DNA from: a virus
Lineage: Duplodnaviria > Caudoviricetes
Length of the DNA: 64,000 bases
IMG/VR virus record: IMGVR_UViG_3300024346_000006
Reading direction: 5' to 3' (one strand)
The translations under genes were made by a program, and so were the position numbers. Below the pieces are notes generated by a model, which saw only the letters and a program-made list of their open reading frames with translations, made no database searches and had not been told where the DNA came from. Positions 54,770 to 64,000 of the stretch are shown here, piece by piece; positions within the stretch are counted from its first letter, which is position 1, and every line of letters begins with the position of its first letter.

Positions 54770-55537
54770 TCAATTTTTATCTCCTATGGGTTCATTGAAT
54801 CCTTCCGTATATCTCATATAATATTTCATACTATGGTCATAAGCACCATCAAAGAGTTGTCTTTTCTTTAGTGCGATCCATCGCCCTCTCATCTGATCTT
54901 TAAATCTCTGCCATGGTGTCAATTTACGAACATTGCCATAAAAATTAATGTAACGCAACTCACCATGATGTTTATAAGTAAAGATTGAAGGCGGCACACT
55001 TGGTACTATGTCATTGTTGTTTACAAATCTAACATGATTTGCAATATTAGATTTACAGTATTCACGATTTCCAACTCTTGGAGAACCAAAAGTACATAAA
55101 CATGTTACTGACGGCAACCTTCCGGCAACGATTGTCGCCATAGCACCACCCAATGAATGTCCAGTCACAAACAATTTTCTATTTTTTTGAAGTGTCTGAT
55201 TAAACCTCACATCTAAAACTTGTTTTTTTACTAATTCCCATAATTTGGAAACTTCTGTTTCAAATCCTAAATGAACTCTTCCTGCAAGAAGAGATTTTTT
55301 CGGCCATGCCTTAAGGTCTGCCTTGACATCATTAAACTGTTCTGGTTGGGTTCCTCTAAATGCAACAATGACATTATCTTCGTTCCAAACTACATATGCT
55401 TGGGCGCCTGAATTATCATAGTATCTTACATGCGGATATCCCATTTTATAGAACTTTGGGTCTGCTTCGTTTTTTGTTAAATATGCATAACTTGACGCTT
55501 TTGCCAAGTCATGCACAGTTACTGCGTACTCATACAT
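54770..55537 (-). CDS. class 3 lipase (start corrected to 55537)
   Basis: IVAFRGTQP, VHLGF, VTGHSLGGAMAT, TFGSPRVGN, RFVNNNDIVP.VP, DH. Confidence 0.92.
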   Translation of the reverse strand: MYEYAVTVHDLAKASSYAYLTKNEADPKFYKMGYPHVRYYDNSGAQAYVVWNEDNVIVAFRGTQPEQFNDVKADLKAWPKKSLLAGRVHLGFETEVSKLWELVKKQVLDVRFNQTLQKNRKLFVTGHSLGGAMATIVAGRLPSVTCLCTFGSPRVGNREYCKSNIANHVRFVNNNDIVPSVPPSIFTYKHHGELRYINFYGNVRKLTPWQRFKDQMRGRWIALKKRQLFDGAYDHSMKYYMRYTEGFNEPIGDKN

Positions 55538-56690
55538 TTTTTGCCTCGTATACTCTGTTATGTGTATCATTGCACAAAATAAAAGTTGTACATTTACTTA
55601 GTCTTTTTAATTTGTCTGCACCAACATAAGTACATGTTGAACGCAATCCACCAAGGATATCTTGAACAGTAGATGCAACAGTACCTCTATATGGAACGAG
55701 TACTTCTCTACCTTCACTACTTCTATATTCTTTTAGTCCACCAAAATGTTTATCATTTGCAGCGACTGAACTCATACCATAGAACCGCACAAACTGTTTT
55801 TCTTCAATCTTATGTGTAAGATTATCTAAATGATGACCAAGTTCATACGTTAGTTCATTTGTTTTATAGAACTTTGTAATCACTTCACCACCACCTTCAT
55901 CGTGTCCGGCAAGCATCCCTCCCAACATAACAAAATCGGCTCCTCCAGCGAATGCCTTAGCAACATCGCCAGGAGTAGAGCAACCGCCGTCAGCAATAAT
56001 GTGTCCACCAAGGCCATGAGCTGCGTCAGCACACTCGATGACCGCAGAGAGTTGAGGATAACCCACCCCAGTCTGAAGGCGAGTGGTGCAAACACTGCCA
56101 GGACCAATGCCCACTTTGACAATATCAGCTCCATTTAGAATTAACTCCTGTGTTTGATCTGCAGTTACAACATTCCCTGCAATAATTACAATATTTGGAT
56201 AGTTTTGTCTGAAAGATTTTACAAACTCTACAAATCTTTCTGTGTATCCATTTGCGACATCAATACAAACATATTTCAGAAGAGAATCAACCTGTTCATA
56301 AACCATTCGAAATTTATTTTCATCTGCCTGTGCAATTCCAATAGACATCGCAACATGTTCAGTTCTTTCTGGAATATCACTATCAAAGTAAGTAACAAGT
56401 TCACCGACAGTATATGTCTTAACGAGGCATGTAAAAAGTCCACCTTCTGCAAGTTTATCTGCCATTTGAAAGGTGGCAACACTATCCATATTAGCAGCCA
56501 TAATAGGGATTCCTTTATAATGGGGATTACTATCTGGGCGCAAAACTTCCATACTCATTTCTTCTGGACGATAATTACGGAACCGATAACTACGTTCTAG
56601 ACAAACTTCTTTTCTAGAAGTTAATGTACTTCTCTTAGGACGAATTAGAACATCATTGTAATCTAGTTTTACTTCACTATCGATTCTCAT
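55530..56690 (-). CDS. guaC: GMP reductase
   Basis: LDYNDVLIRPKRSTLTSR, IPIMAANMD, CIDVANGY, KVGIGPGSVCTTR, FYGMSS, YRSSEG, GGLRSTCTYVGA. Confidence 0.96.
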   Translation of the reverse strand: MRIDSEVKLDYNDVLIRPKRSTLTSRKEVCLERSYRFRNYRPEEMSMEVLRPDSNPHYKGIPIMAANMDSVATFQMADKLAEGGLFTCLVKTYTVGELVTYFDSDIPERTEHVAMSIGIAQADENKFRMVYEQVDSLLKYVCIDVANGYTERFVEFVKSFRQNYPNIVIIAGNVVTADQTQELILNGADIVKVGIGPGSVCTTRLQTGVGYPQLSAVIECADAAHGLGGHIIADGGCSTPGDVAKAFAGGADFVMLGGMLAGHDEGGGEVITKFYKTNELTYELGHHLDNLTHKIEEKQFVRFYGMSSVAANDKHFGGLKEYRSSEGREVLVPYRGTVASTVQDILGGLRSTCTYVGADKLKRLSKCTTFILCNDTHNRVYEAKNV

Positions 56691-57322
56691 GCAATTTCAC
56701 CAATCGCATGTTCATTGCGCCACAACTTTAGACTTGTAACAAAATTGGCCGCATCTTCCCATTGACGTTCACTCAATGATTCCCACATAACATCTTGAAA
56801 AAAATCTGATGATTCATGATCTTCCCATTGCAAATCATCAAAATTATATTTTCCATGCAACTCTTTAGGGTATTCTGCAATTACAGCATCAACGATCTCT
56901 TCATACTCATCTTCCCATCCATCATACATTTCATCTCCGTCATATACATAAGTGCCTGCAAAATTAGGGCCCTCATCTTCGTATGTAAAGATAGTAATAA
57001 TTTCTGGGTCGAATTCACTCAATTCTTCCAATAGATAAGTTAATGCACCCTCTGGAGGACTCCATGCAGACTGTCCATTTAAATATCCAGCATCTGCATC
57101 CATGTCTTCGATATAACTCCATTTGGGCCCGACATGTTCAGTAGTCCAACTATACTGTTCTGTTTCTTCATATGTTGTAGAACCTTTAGGGTCTACAAAA
57201 ATATCTCCCAACCATTGGTGAGGTGTATCTGTTCGAACACGTTCTAGAATTTCTTTTAATTTTTCTTTTGCTGCATCGTTGATCGAGTCAAAGTTGATGC
57301 TCCAGTTTACATGATTTGCCAT
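56687..57322 (-). CDS. hypothetical protein (DUF1281/YubB ferredoxin-like fold possible)
   Basis: MANHV.WS, W..EHVGPKW, SAWSPP, YEDEGPNFAG. Confidence 0.55.
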   Translation of the reverse strand: MANHVNWSINFDSINDAAKEKLKEILERVRTDTPHQWLGDIFVDPKGSTTYEETEQYSWTTEHVGPKWSYIEDMDADAGYLNGQSAWSPPEGALTYLLEELSEFDPEIITIFTYEDEGPNFAGTYVYDGDEMYDGWEDEYEEIVDAVIAEYPKELHGKYNFDDLQWEDHESSDFFQDVMWESLSERQWEDAANFVTSLKLWRNEHAIGEIA

Positions 57323-57324
57323 TA

Positions 57325-57522
57325 TTAATCTCCAAAAGGTCTATCAGTTTTAAAACATAGTACTTTATAGTTCAAAGGCTCCCCAAGATTGGAAACAATA
57401 AAAGATTTTGCTTCCTCACATCTCTGTTCGGTTTTGAATAATTCTTGGTCGAAGATTGTTACTTCGCCAGTGGGGCCAGACATTAAAAATACTAAAATCC
57501 AATATAAAGGTAATTCAACCAT
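57325..57522 (-). CDS. hypothetical protein
   Basis: Hydrophobic N-terminus, two Cys. Confidence 0.5.
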   Translation of the reverse strand: MVELPLYWILVFLMSGPTGEVTIFDQELFKTEQRCEEAKSFIVSNLGEPLNYKVLCFKTDRPFGD

Positions 57523-57571
57523 AAAGTAATCTCCAAATTTTCAATAACCATAATATACCATTCTTTTATAC

Positions 57572-57841
57572 TTATGTCAAGAATATATTTGAATATTCTC
57601 TAAGTTTTTCTTTCTTTCTCTGAACTCTTTCATCAATCTCACTGAAAGAAACTAAGTCAAATTCGTGCAAAAAATCGATCATACATTGAATATCACCTAT
57701 CTCTTCTGCTAACTGTTTTGTTTTTTCAGAGTCCCTTCCAAATCTGATTATTTTAGACGCAACTTTCTGCAACTCCGAACACTCTTCGATTAAAATTACC
57801 AACATTTCAATCTCTGGGTCTGTAAGTCTAGGTTTGTTCAT
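57572..57841 (-). CDS. MazG-like nucleotide pyrophosphohydrolase
   Basis: LIEECSELQKVASKIIRFG...LAEEIGDI. Confidence 0.8.
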   Translation of the reverse strand: MNKPRLTDPEIEMLVILIEECSELQKVASKIIRFGRDSEKTKQLAEEIGDIQCMIDFLHEFDLVSFSEIDERVQRKKEKLREYSNIFLT

Positions 57842-58049
57842 TTTTTTACCTCAATGAAGTGTCTTCGGGCGATTCCTTATTAAATACTCAAGTACTTGAG
57901 TCCAATATTGATATACCCAACTAGATTTATTATTTTCAAATTTTTCAACTATTCTAGCCACGTTTTCTATACGTCTGTCCATTAATTGTTCATATGTCAT
58001 TGGCAACTCCATTTTTGACTATACTAACACCATTCATCATTTTTGTCAA

Positions 58050-58057
58050 TATAAATA
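58050..58057 (+). promoter_or_regulatory. T4 late promoter TATAAATA
   Basis: Exact consensus 30 nt before ATG 58087. Confidence 0.8.
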
Positions 58058-58086
58058 GTAAAAAAACTTTTAACATTGGGCGAAAA

Positions 58087-60555
58087 ATGGCGACAAACTA
58101 TACGAATTATGTAAATCCAAGTAGCTTTCAAACAGTTTGGATTAATCACTTAGAAAGTTCAGATATTGATGGAGCAGTCAATGCACAAGTTCCGACATTA
58201 ACAGTCAATGCAAGTTCTTTAAAAGGAACATGGTCTTTGATAGTAGATGGTGTTGTAATATTAAGAAATTATGATTTTGGTTCTAGAGTACCAACACTAT
58301 CTCTATTAAATGGTAATAAGTATGAGGCGGGAGATGTGATCGACTCTTCATCATATAATGTATTTACAACGAGTACTATTACAGATAATGTTACTGTATA
58401 TGGAGAAGACTTTCAAAATCTATTAACCGGCAGTCCTGCAACTGGTTCTTTAATTTCTGGATGGGTAGAAGCAACCGCAAGTGCAGAACAAGGAACCACC
58501 ACAAATGGATTTACTGGAATACAAACCATTACATCTGGAATTACAACTCAATATAGTTCATTTGGTACTGGAAGTTACTCTACAGTCGATTCATCATGGA
58601 CATATGATACCAATGGAAATGTGAGTCTATGGTCTCCAGATTATGTTTTAATGATGTCAAACTCAGAATTTGATGATATGATAAATGATGGACTAGCAGT
58701 TGGTGATACTATTATTTCACCTTCAGTACTGGCTGGAAGAAAAGTAAAATCATTAATTAATTATGCAGGAACCGCCCAATTTACAGGAATTGTCGTAGAC
58801 GGAAGAGTTGGGGATACTTTATGGAATTATACAACAACTCCAACTGCAATTACAGGCACAACAGACCAAATACTCCACCAGTTTTGGATGCAAGGAATTG
58901 GTTCTCGCCCTGCAAATATGACATACAGTATTTTTGATGATTGGAACAATCAAACTATTATTACAACATCAAGGCCGTTTGGGGGGTTAACTGATGGTAC
59001 TGTAGGTAGTTGGGGAATAATTGAAAATAGTAATATTATAACTAGTCAAAACACACCAAGTGCAACTACTCATACAACCACTTCAAATTCTACATATACA
59101 AGAAAACAATTAGTTTCTCAGTATCAAGGTTATAATGTATATAGGATGGATGTTGATAATCCTGATACTACAATATCTAGAACAAGAGATGTCACCATTG
59201 CTGAAAGTTCTGACTATCGTTATTATGATGTTCTGGCAACCGCTGCGGAAGAAGTAGAAAACTTTGATGCAAATGTTGCAGTTGTCTTTCCAATTGATAT
59301 GATGATGCGAAGATTGGAGACTGCGTTTGGAGGCAATCAACTAGATTGGAGTTTTATCAAAGTCACAGAAAATATGAACGCAGCAAATGCTGAAGTTCTA
59401 CATTTAAAAGAAACATATGGAGTAACTGCAGTTGCGGTGCCACTAAAAATGACAGTAGGAGCAAATTTTGTGAAAATTACATCAAATCAATTAGAAGATT
59501 TTGACACATTCGGTGCTCAAACAGATGACATTCTTCAGTATTATGAAACAGAAAATCTACAAAAAGTTTGGAGAAATGTAACTCTAGACTATACACTATC
59601 AGAAACATATCCAAATAAAATTTTCATGGATTACGATACTCCATCTGATAGAACCAACAATCTTGCATTTAGTTCTGTCCAATCCATTTGTATGTTTTTA
59701 GATACTAACAATAACGAAGCAGATAATTATTTCGCAGTATTCAATAACTATAATACTGATGTATCTCTTAGCAAAGAGGATGCAATCTTTAGAGTAGATG
59801 AAAATGGTGACATTATAGGAACAAATGATTTAAGTATTGCAAATAATGCAACCATCTCTAATAATTTAACTGTACAAAACGAGTTAATTTTTAATGAGGG
59901 TGCATCAATTAGTGAATTTGGTGGCGAGTTATTAATCAATGCAAGTTCAGAGGGAAGTAAAGTTGAATTTTTTGTACCAGATGCAGATTCTGTAACTATC
60001 AACAATGATCCTATCGCAACCCATTCTCATGTATCTAGTGCAATTGCAGCACTAGTAGATGGCGCACCAGAAGCATTGGATACATTAAACGAACTTGCAG
60101 CTGCAATCAATGATGACGCATCAGTTTACGATACAATTATAGATGCACTTGCACTTAAACTAGACGCTACGGATGCGGTTAGGTCAACAGTCGGAACATC
60201 TGCACCAGCAAGTCCTTCTACTGGAGATTTCTGGATGGACACTGGTGGTGGCGAATTCTATGTAAGAAATAATTCAAACACATGGACGCAAGTAAATATT
60301 TCAGATATCAATCAACTAAGTGACGCATCTGGACTTTTGAGTAGTGGAGGAATAACAGGAATTGGTTCTACGACTACTCCATCAGATGGGAGTAATTCAA
60401 CAGTGACAGTTGCAGCTGCTGCAGGACGCACAGTTGTTGCATGGTCTCCCACTTTTTCTAACAGATCACAAACACTAACGGCAGATGCAAATGGTTTATT
60501 TACAATCATTGGATTCAGTGCGTCTGATCCTGTTGCATGGTATTATATCTATTAA
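58087..60555 (+). CDS. large virion structural/tail fibre-like protein (start corrected)
   Basis: Thr/Ser/Asn-rich beta composition; IAALVDGAPEALDTLNELAAAINDD fibre motif; late promoter inside the longer ORF-track call. Confidence 0.7.
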   Translation: MATNYTNYVNPSSFQTVWINHLESSDIDGAVNAQVPTLTVNASSLKGTWSLIVDGVVILRNYDFGSRVPTLSLLNGNKYEAGDVIDSSSYNVFTTSTITDNVTVYGEDFQNLLTGSPATGSLISGWVEATASAEQGTTTNGFTGIQTITSGITTQYSSFGTGSYSTVDSSWTYDTNGNVSLWSPDYVLMMSNSEFDDMINDGLAVGDTIISPSVLAGRKVKSLINYAGTAQFTGIVVDGRVGDTLWNYTTTPTAITGTTDQILHQFWMQGIGSRPANMTYSIFDDWNNQTIITTSRPFGGLTDGTVGSWGIIENSNIITSQNTPSATTHTTTSNSTYTRKQLVSQYQGYNVYRMDVDNPDTTISRTRDVTIAESSDYRYYDVLATAAEEVENFDANVAVVFPIDMMMRRLETAFGGNQLDWSFIKVTENMNAANAEVLHLKETYGVTAVAVPLKMTVGANFVKITSNQLEDFDTFGAQTDDILQYYETENLQKVWRNVTLDYTLSETYPNKIFMDYDTPSDRTNNLAFSSVQSICMFLDTNNNEADNYFAVFNNYNTDVSLSKEDAIFRVDENGDIIGTNDLSIANNATISNNLTVQNELIFNEGASISEFGGELLINASSEGSKVEFFVPDADSVTINNDPIATHSHVSSAIAALVDGAPEALDTLNELAAAINDDASVYDTIIDALALKLDATDAVRSTVGTSAPASPSTGDFWMDTGGGEFYVRNNSNTWTQVNISDINQLSDASGLLSSGGITGIGSTTTPSDGSNSTVTVAAAAGRTVVAWSPTFSNRSQTLTADANGLFTIIGFSASDPVAWYYIY

Positions 60556-60565
60556 GGATAAATAA

Positions 60566-62332
60566 ATGACGAACTTTCCTTCTGCACCTTCTAATGATGA
60601 TGAACATACTATAGGAAGTAGAACTTGGGTCTATAACTCAAGTAAAGTTGCGTGGCTAAGGAAGGCAATAATAGAACTTCCTGCGCCAGCGGAACCACCA
60701 CCCCCGCCGGCAGATCCTGCACCAGAACCAAGTATAGATAGTTTTTCTCCAAACTCAACAAGTATATCAGAGGGACAGACTGTAACATTTACATTAAAAA
60801 CATCCAATGTACCAGACGGCACAGTATTTAATCTTTCGCTTGTGGGAACCTCTTCCAGTGCAGATTATCCAGCAGCAATACAAATAGATGAGCCAGTTCC
60901 AAGTACTATTACTATCAATTCCGACACCGTTTATGTCAGTATTACATTCGAAGATGATGGATTGAGCGAAGGAATCGAAACATTAATTGCAACTATAAGT
61001 GGGAATGTCACCTTTACTGATGGAACCAACACTATAACTAGAGCATTATCAGAGACAGCGGATACGGTTTCAATTTCTGATGTAGATGTTCCTACCTACA
61101 CAATTTCGAGTCCAGCATCTATCAATGAAGGAGACACTAGAACATTTGTAGTTAATACGACACTTGTTCCAAACAATACAACTTTGTGGTTTACTGTGAG
61201 TCCTTCAGAAGACCTTTCTCCAGAAAACGGTTCATTTACAATTAATAATAACACAGCAAGTTTTGATATTTCCGCAACCGAAGATGCAACTACTGAAGGT
61301 ACTGAACAAGGAACAGTTGAAATTAGAACTGGAAGTGTAACAGGTACAATTGTGGCGACTGATGCATTTGCTATCAATGATACTTCGACTTCACTAGCAA
61401 ATTATACAGTAACAGCACCAGATTCTATAGATGAAGGTTCTTCTGGTACGATAACTGTTACCACAACTGATGTTCCAAACGGAACAACATTATATTGGGC
61501 TGTAAGTCCATCAACGCAATTCATGACAAACTCTGGTTCTTTTAGTATTACAAACAACTCAGGTTCATTTACGGTTGTGCCTACCGCCGACTCGTTGACA
61601 GAAGGTGATGAGAATGCGGTCATTCGAATTGGCACATCTGCTGGGCCCACAATACCCACCCAAGTTGCATCTGATACATTCATTATCAATGATACTTCAT
61701 TAACACCACCAGACCCAGTTAGTTTTGATCCAAGATTTGATATTTCTGATTGGAACACTGTTCATGCCTATGCCAACACAATTGGATTTGTTGAGGCATG
61801 GTGTTATCTAGGATTTACACACGATTCAACAAACGAAAGAATAATTGTCACAAAGGCATGGGGGGATAGTGGAGCAATGGCAATCCCTACCAAAACATAT
61901 ATCAACTATACAGGATTGACAGGTATCACCTCTGTACAGGCAAGATATCGTGTACAAAATCAGGCGGCAAGTGGTGATGTAAATACGGGGCATATGTATG
62001 CATTTGGTCCAACTCCAGTTTTAGACGTACAGGGGCCATATCAATCCAACCATTTCTATCAAGTGCCCAATACTGGATCAGGACGATTGACATTTGGATG
62101 GATGGCGCAGGCAGACCCAAATGATTCTGCATCAGGTAATACTTCAGTTGTGGCCCAAATGGACACTTTTGGTAGACTTCCCAGAATGCCAGAGGATTGG
62201 GGCGAATTGGGTTATTTTGATTTCCAAGTACAGGTTACTTGCGACCAAGGAAACTTCAATTCATGGGCATTTTCCGAGAATGGATTGATCCGTCTAAACG
62301 CCCAAGTTCAAGGTGGCCGTCAAATCCAATGA
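60566..62332 (+). CDS. virion structural/adhesin-like protein with tandem Ig/Calx-beta-like repeats
   Basis: FPSAPS..DEHT.GSRTW.Y N-terminus; repeated S(I)[SND]EG units with F.V.T..VP.GT.L.W and D.[LT][ST]EG.E. Confidence 0.7.
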   Translation: MTNFPSAPSNDDEHTIGSRTWVYNSSKVAWLRKAIIELPAPAEPPPPPADPAPEPSIDSFSPNSTSISEGQTVTFTLKTSNVPDGTVFNLSLVGTSSSADYPAAIQIDEPVPSTITINSDTVYVSITFEDDGLSEGIETLIATISGNVTFTDGTNTITRALSETADTVSISDVDVPTYTISSPASINEGDTRTFVVNTTLVPNNTTLWFTVSPSEDLSPENGSFTINNNTASFDISATEDATTEGTEQGTVEIRTGSVTGTIVATDAFAINDTSTSLANYTVTAPDSIDEGSSGTITVTTTDVPNGTTLYWAVSPSTQFMTNSGSFSITNNSGSFTVVPTADSLTEGDENAVIRIGTSAGPTIPTQVASDTFIINDTSLTPPDPVSFDPRFDISDWNTVHAYANTIGFVEAWCYLGFTHDSTNERIIVTKAWGDSGAMAIPTKTYINYTGLTGITSVQARYRVQNQAASGDVNTGHMYAFGPTPVLDVQGPYQSNHFYQVPNTGSGRLTFGWMAQADPNDSASGNTSVVAQMDTFGRLPRMPEDWGELGYFDFQVQVTCDQGNFNSWAFSENGLIRLNAQVQGGRQIQ

Positions 62333-62406
62333 CAATAAAAAAATCATAAATATAAGAAACATAAATGGTTATATAGACACTTATGTTCCAGTTATAGGAG
62401 GACTAA

Positions 62407-63258
62407 ATGGCTATATGGAATAAACTATCACAAGCATATTTATCACGCAATAACACATTATTTGAAGCGTTTAACCTTGCGGATAAAGACGGTAACATTA
62501 TTAACTCATTTGGAGTTGCGTCTAATATTCCTATCGCAAACGGCGATGTTGATGGATACGCAGCAATTCATAAATTTGGTAGAAATCCAAATGTAGGGAA
62601 CGCTCCAGAAACTGTTTGGATGCATGGTGGCAAATATCAATACCTTGATGTTGGGTCAGCAAGTACCTTATATGCATATAGTGCTGACTCAGAAGATTCA
62701 GCAAGTGGAGACGGTGCGAGAACCATAACAATTCTGGGATTAGATAACAACTTTAATGAAATAGAAGAAACAGTTACGGTAGGTGGAGCGGCAACAACTT
62801 TAGAGTTTTTAAGAGTTTATCGTGCCTTCGTTGCCACTGCTGGGGTTACCACTACAAACGAAGGGAATGTTTTAATTTCTACTGGTGCAGGCGGCACAGG
62901 TACAGTTCTAGCAGATATTGGAACTATTGGATCTGGAACAACATTTGGTTTAGGCCAAACACAACTTTCTCTTTATACAATTCCTGCTGGAAAAACTGGT
63001 TATCTTACAACTTGGAATGTTGGTTGTGCTCCAATGAACAATAAAGCTACTGTGCTTTTGAATTCAAGAGAACTTGACGGTGATACTCCATTTAGAACAA
63101 AAGATATTGTAGATTTAGTGGGTGGATATCATACTCAAAATTATTCAACCCCGCTTAGATTTCCAGAAAAAACTGATATTGAAGTAGTGGCAGCTGCAGA
63201 TACAAGTACGATTATATCATCTTCATTCGACATAATATTGGTTGACAACCCTGCCTAA
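62407..63258 (+). CDS. hypothetical (probably structural) protein
   Basis: IHKFGRN..V, GARTITI.GLD, YTIPAGKTGY, PEKTDIE; late-oriented. Confidence 0.6.
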   Translation: MAIWNKLSQAYLSRNNTLFEAFNLADKDGNIINSFGVASNIPIANGDVDGYAAIHKFGRNPNVGNAPETVWMHGGKYQYLDVGSASTLYAYSADSEDSASGDGARTITILGLDNNFNEIEETVTVGGAATTLEFLRVYRAFVATAGVTTTNEGNVLISTGAGGTGTVLADIGTIGSGTTFGLGQTQLSLYTIPAGKTGYLTTWNVGCAPMNNKATVLLNSRELDGDTPFRTKDIVDLVGGYHTQNYSTPLRFPEKTDIEVVAAADTSTIISSSFDIILVDNPA

Positions 63259-63420
63259 TGTCACAGTTGCATTGTAAGTAAACCGGCTATATCAAATTGG
63301 TAGCCATTGTTTACCTATTTCCCCAATAAATATATTTGTAAAAGGATTAAACCTAAGCATACGGCCTAGGATCGGATCACATACATTTATTAATGGAAAC
63401 GGAAATGACAATAAAAAACA

Positions 63421-63428
63421 TATAAATA
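63421..63428 (+). promoter_or_regulatory. T4 late promoter TATAAATA
   Basis: Exact consensus 30 nt before ATG 63459. Confidence 0.8.
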
Positions 63429-63458
63429 GAAGAAACATAATCACAAAGGTTAATTAGG

Positions 63459-64000
63459 ATGGCAGATACAAATCTATCGACATCAATAAGTGCAATTCGT
63501 ACAAAAATACTGAATGACGCCCCGACTGCAACTGTTGATGGATTAGTTTCTCTTGCAAGAGCGGCAAAATCTATTGGACTTACCGAAGATACATCAATAG
63601 AAACTGCAATCAACTCTAGAGCAAACACTTTATCATCAAATGCGTCTACAAATGATATGGTGAAGTTATCAAATGCCATAAAACAACTTAGAAATACGAC
63701 TGCAGGGGCAATATCCCCATCAACAACATCTGATGATATTGTAGAGGGAACATCAAATCTTTATTATACGGATGCAAAAGTTCAAACAAAACTTGGCGAT
63801 GTTTCTGGACACATCATTCCAGACACAAATGAAGTATATGACTTAGGATCTGCGACAAATAAATTTAGAGATTTATATCTTAGTGGCAATAGTATCACAC
63901 TTGGTTCTGTCGAAATTTCAGATAATAACGGTTCATTACAGGTTACACCAGTTAGTGGTGGGGGCAGTGCAGAGGCATTTGCAACTGAAGCATATGTTAC
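63459..64000 (+). CDS. tail fibre-like protein (partial, runs off window end)
   Basis: MADTNLSTSIS...TSDDIVEGTSNLYYTDA...HIIPDTNEVYDLGSATNKFRDLYLSGNSITLG. Confidence 0.75.
   Translation, partial: MADTNLSTSISAIRTKILNDAPTATVDGLVSLARAAKSIGLTEDTSIETAINSRANTLSSNASTNDMVKLSNAIKQLRNTTAGAISPSTTSDDIVEGTSNLYYTDAKVQTKLGDVSGHIIPDTNEVYDLGSATNKFRDLYLSGNSITLGSVEISDNNGSLQVTPVSGGGSAEAFATEAYV

Noticed and set aside
46426-57841. Host-genome chimera or prophage boundary explaining the bacterial-type genes
   Set aside because: Composition, T4 late-promoter motifs and tight phage-style packing continue through the region, and no integrase or att site is visible; read-level confirmation is still advisable
57994-58086. 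N-terminal 31 codons of the 853-aa ORF
   Set aside because: Contains the TATAAATA late promoter, so the start was moved to ATG 58087
61096-63679. Minus-strand ORFs 61096-61377, 61402-61758 and 63377-63679
   Set aside because: Antisense shadows of the repetitive structural genes

Overview
AT-rich fragment of a lytic T4-like (Tevenvirinae-related) myovirus genome. It is probably a marine phage of an alphaproteobacterial host, inferred from a circularly permuted tmRNA with an ANDNFAPEFALAA tag and GGCAGUA T-loop, a DUF1127 protein and an atypical peroxiredoxin. Layout: 1-12.5 kb baseplate/tail module (gp6, gp25, gp5, hub, gp53, gp48, gp4, gp2, gp54, gp26/gp51, tape measure); 12.5-22 kb gp32, gp59, gp33, exonuclease, PhoH, tmRNA, endolysin, Mom-like enzyme, peroxiredoxin; 23-25.5 kb five tRNAs with SET and hydroxylase genes; 25.5-46 kb many small minus-strand genes behind repeated sigma70-like promoters; 46.4-53.8 kb an apparent operon; 54-58 kb lipase, guaC, MazG-like; 58-64 kb plus-strand late genes for fibre/adhesin-like virion proteins. 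The strongest candidate for an undescribed system is the 46.4-53.8 kb operon: CsgF, CsgG, two curlin-repeat secreted proteins sharing an identical mature N-terminus, a FecR-domain protein and a CHASE2 membrane adenylate cyclase. Other highlights are a probable -1 frameshift fusing gp26 to gp51, a gp5 carrying two non-T4 peptidoglycan hydrolases, the two-piece tmRNA, and Rmf-like, DUF1127 and DUF262-HNH genes. All family assignments come from motif recognition by eye; no database search was run.
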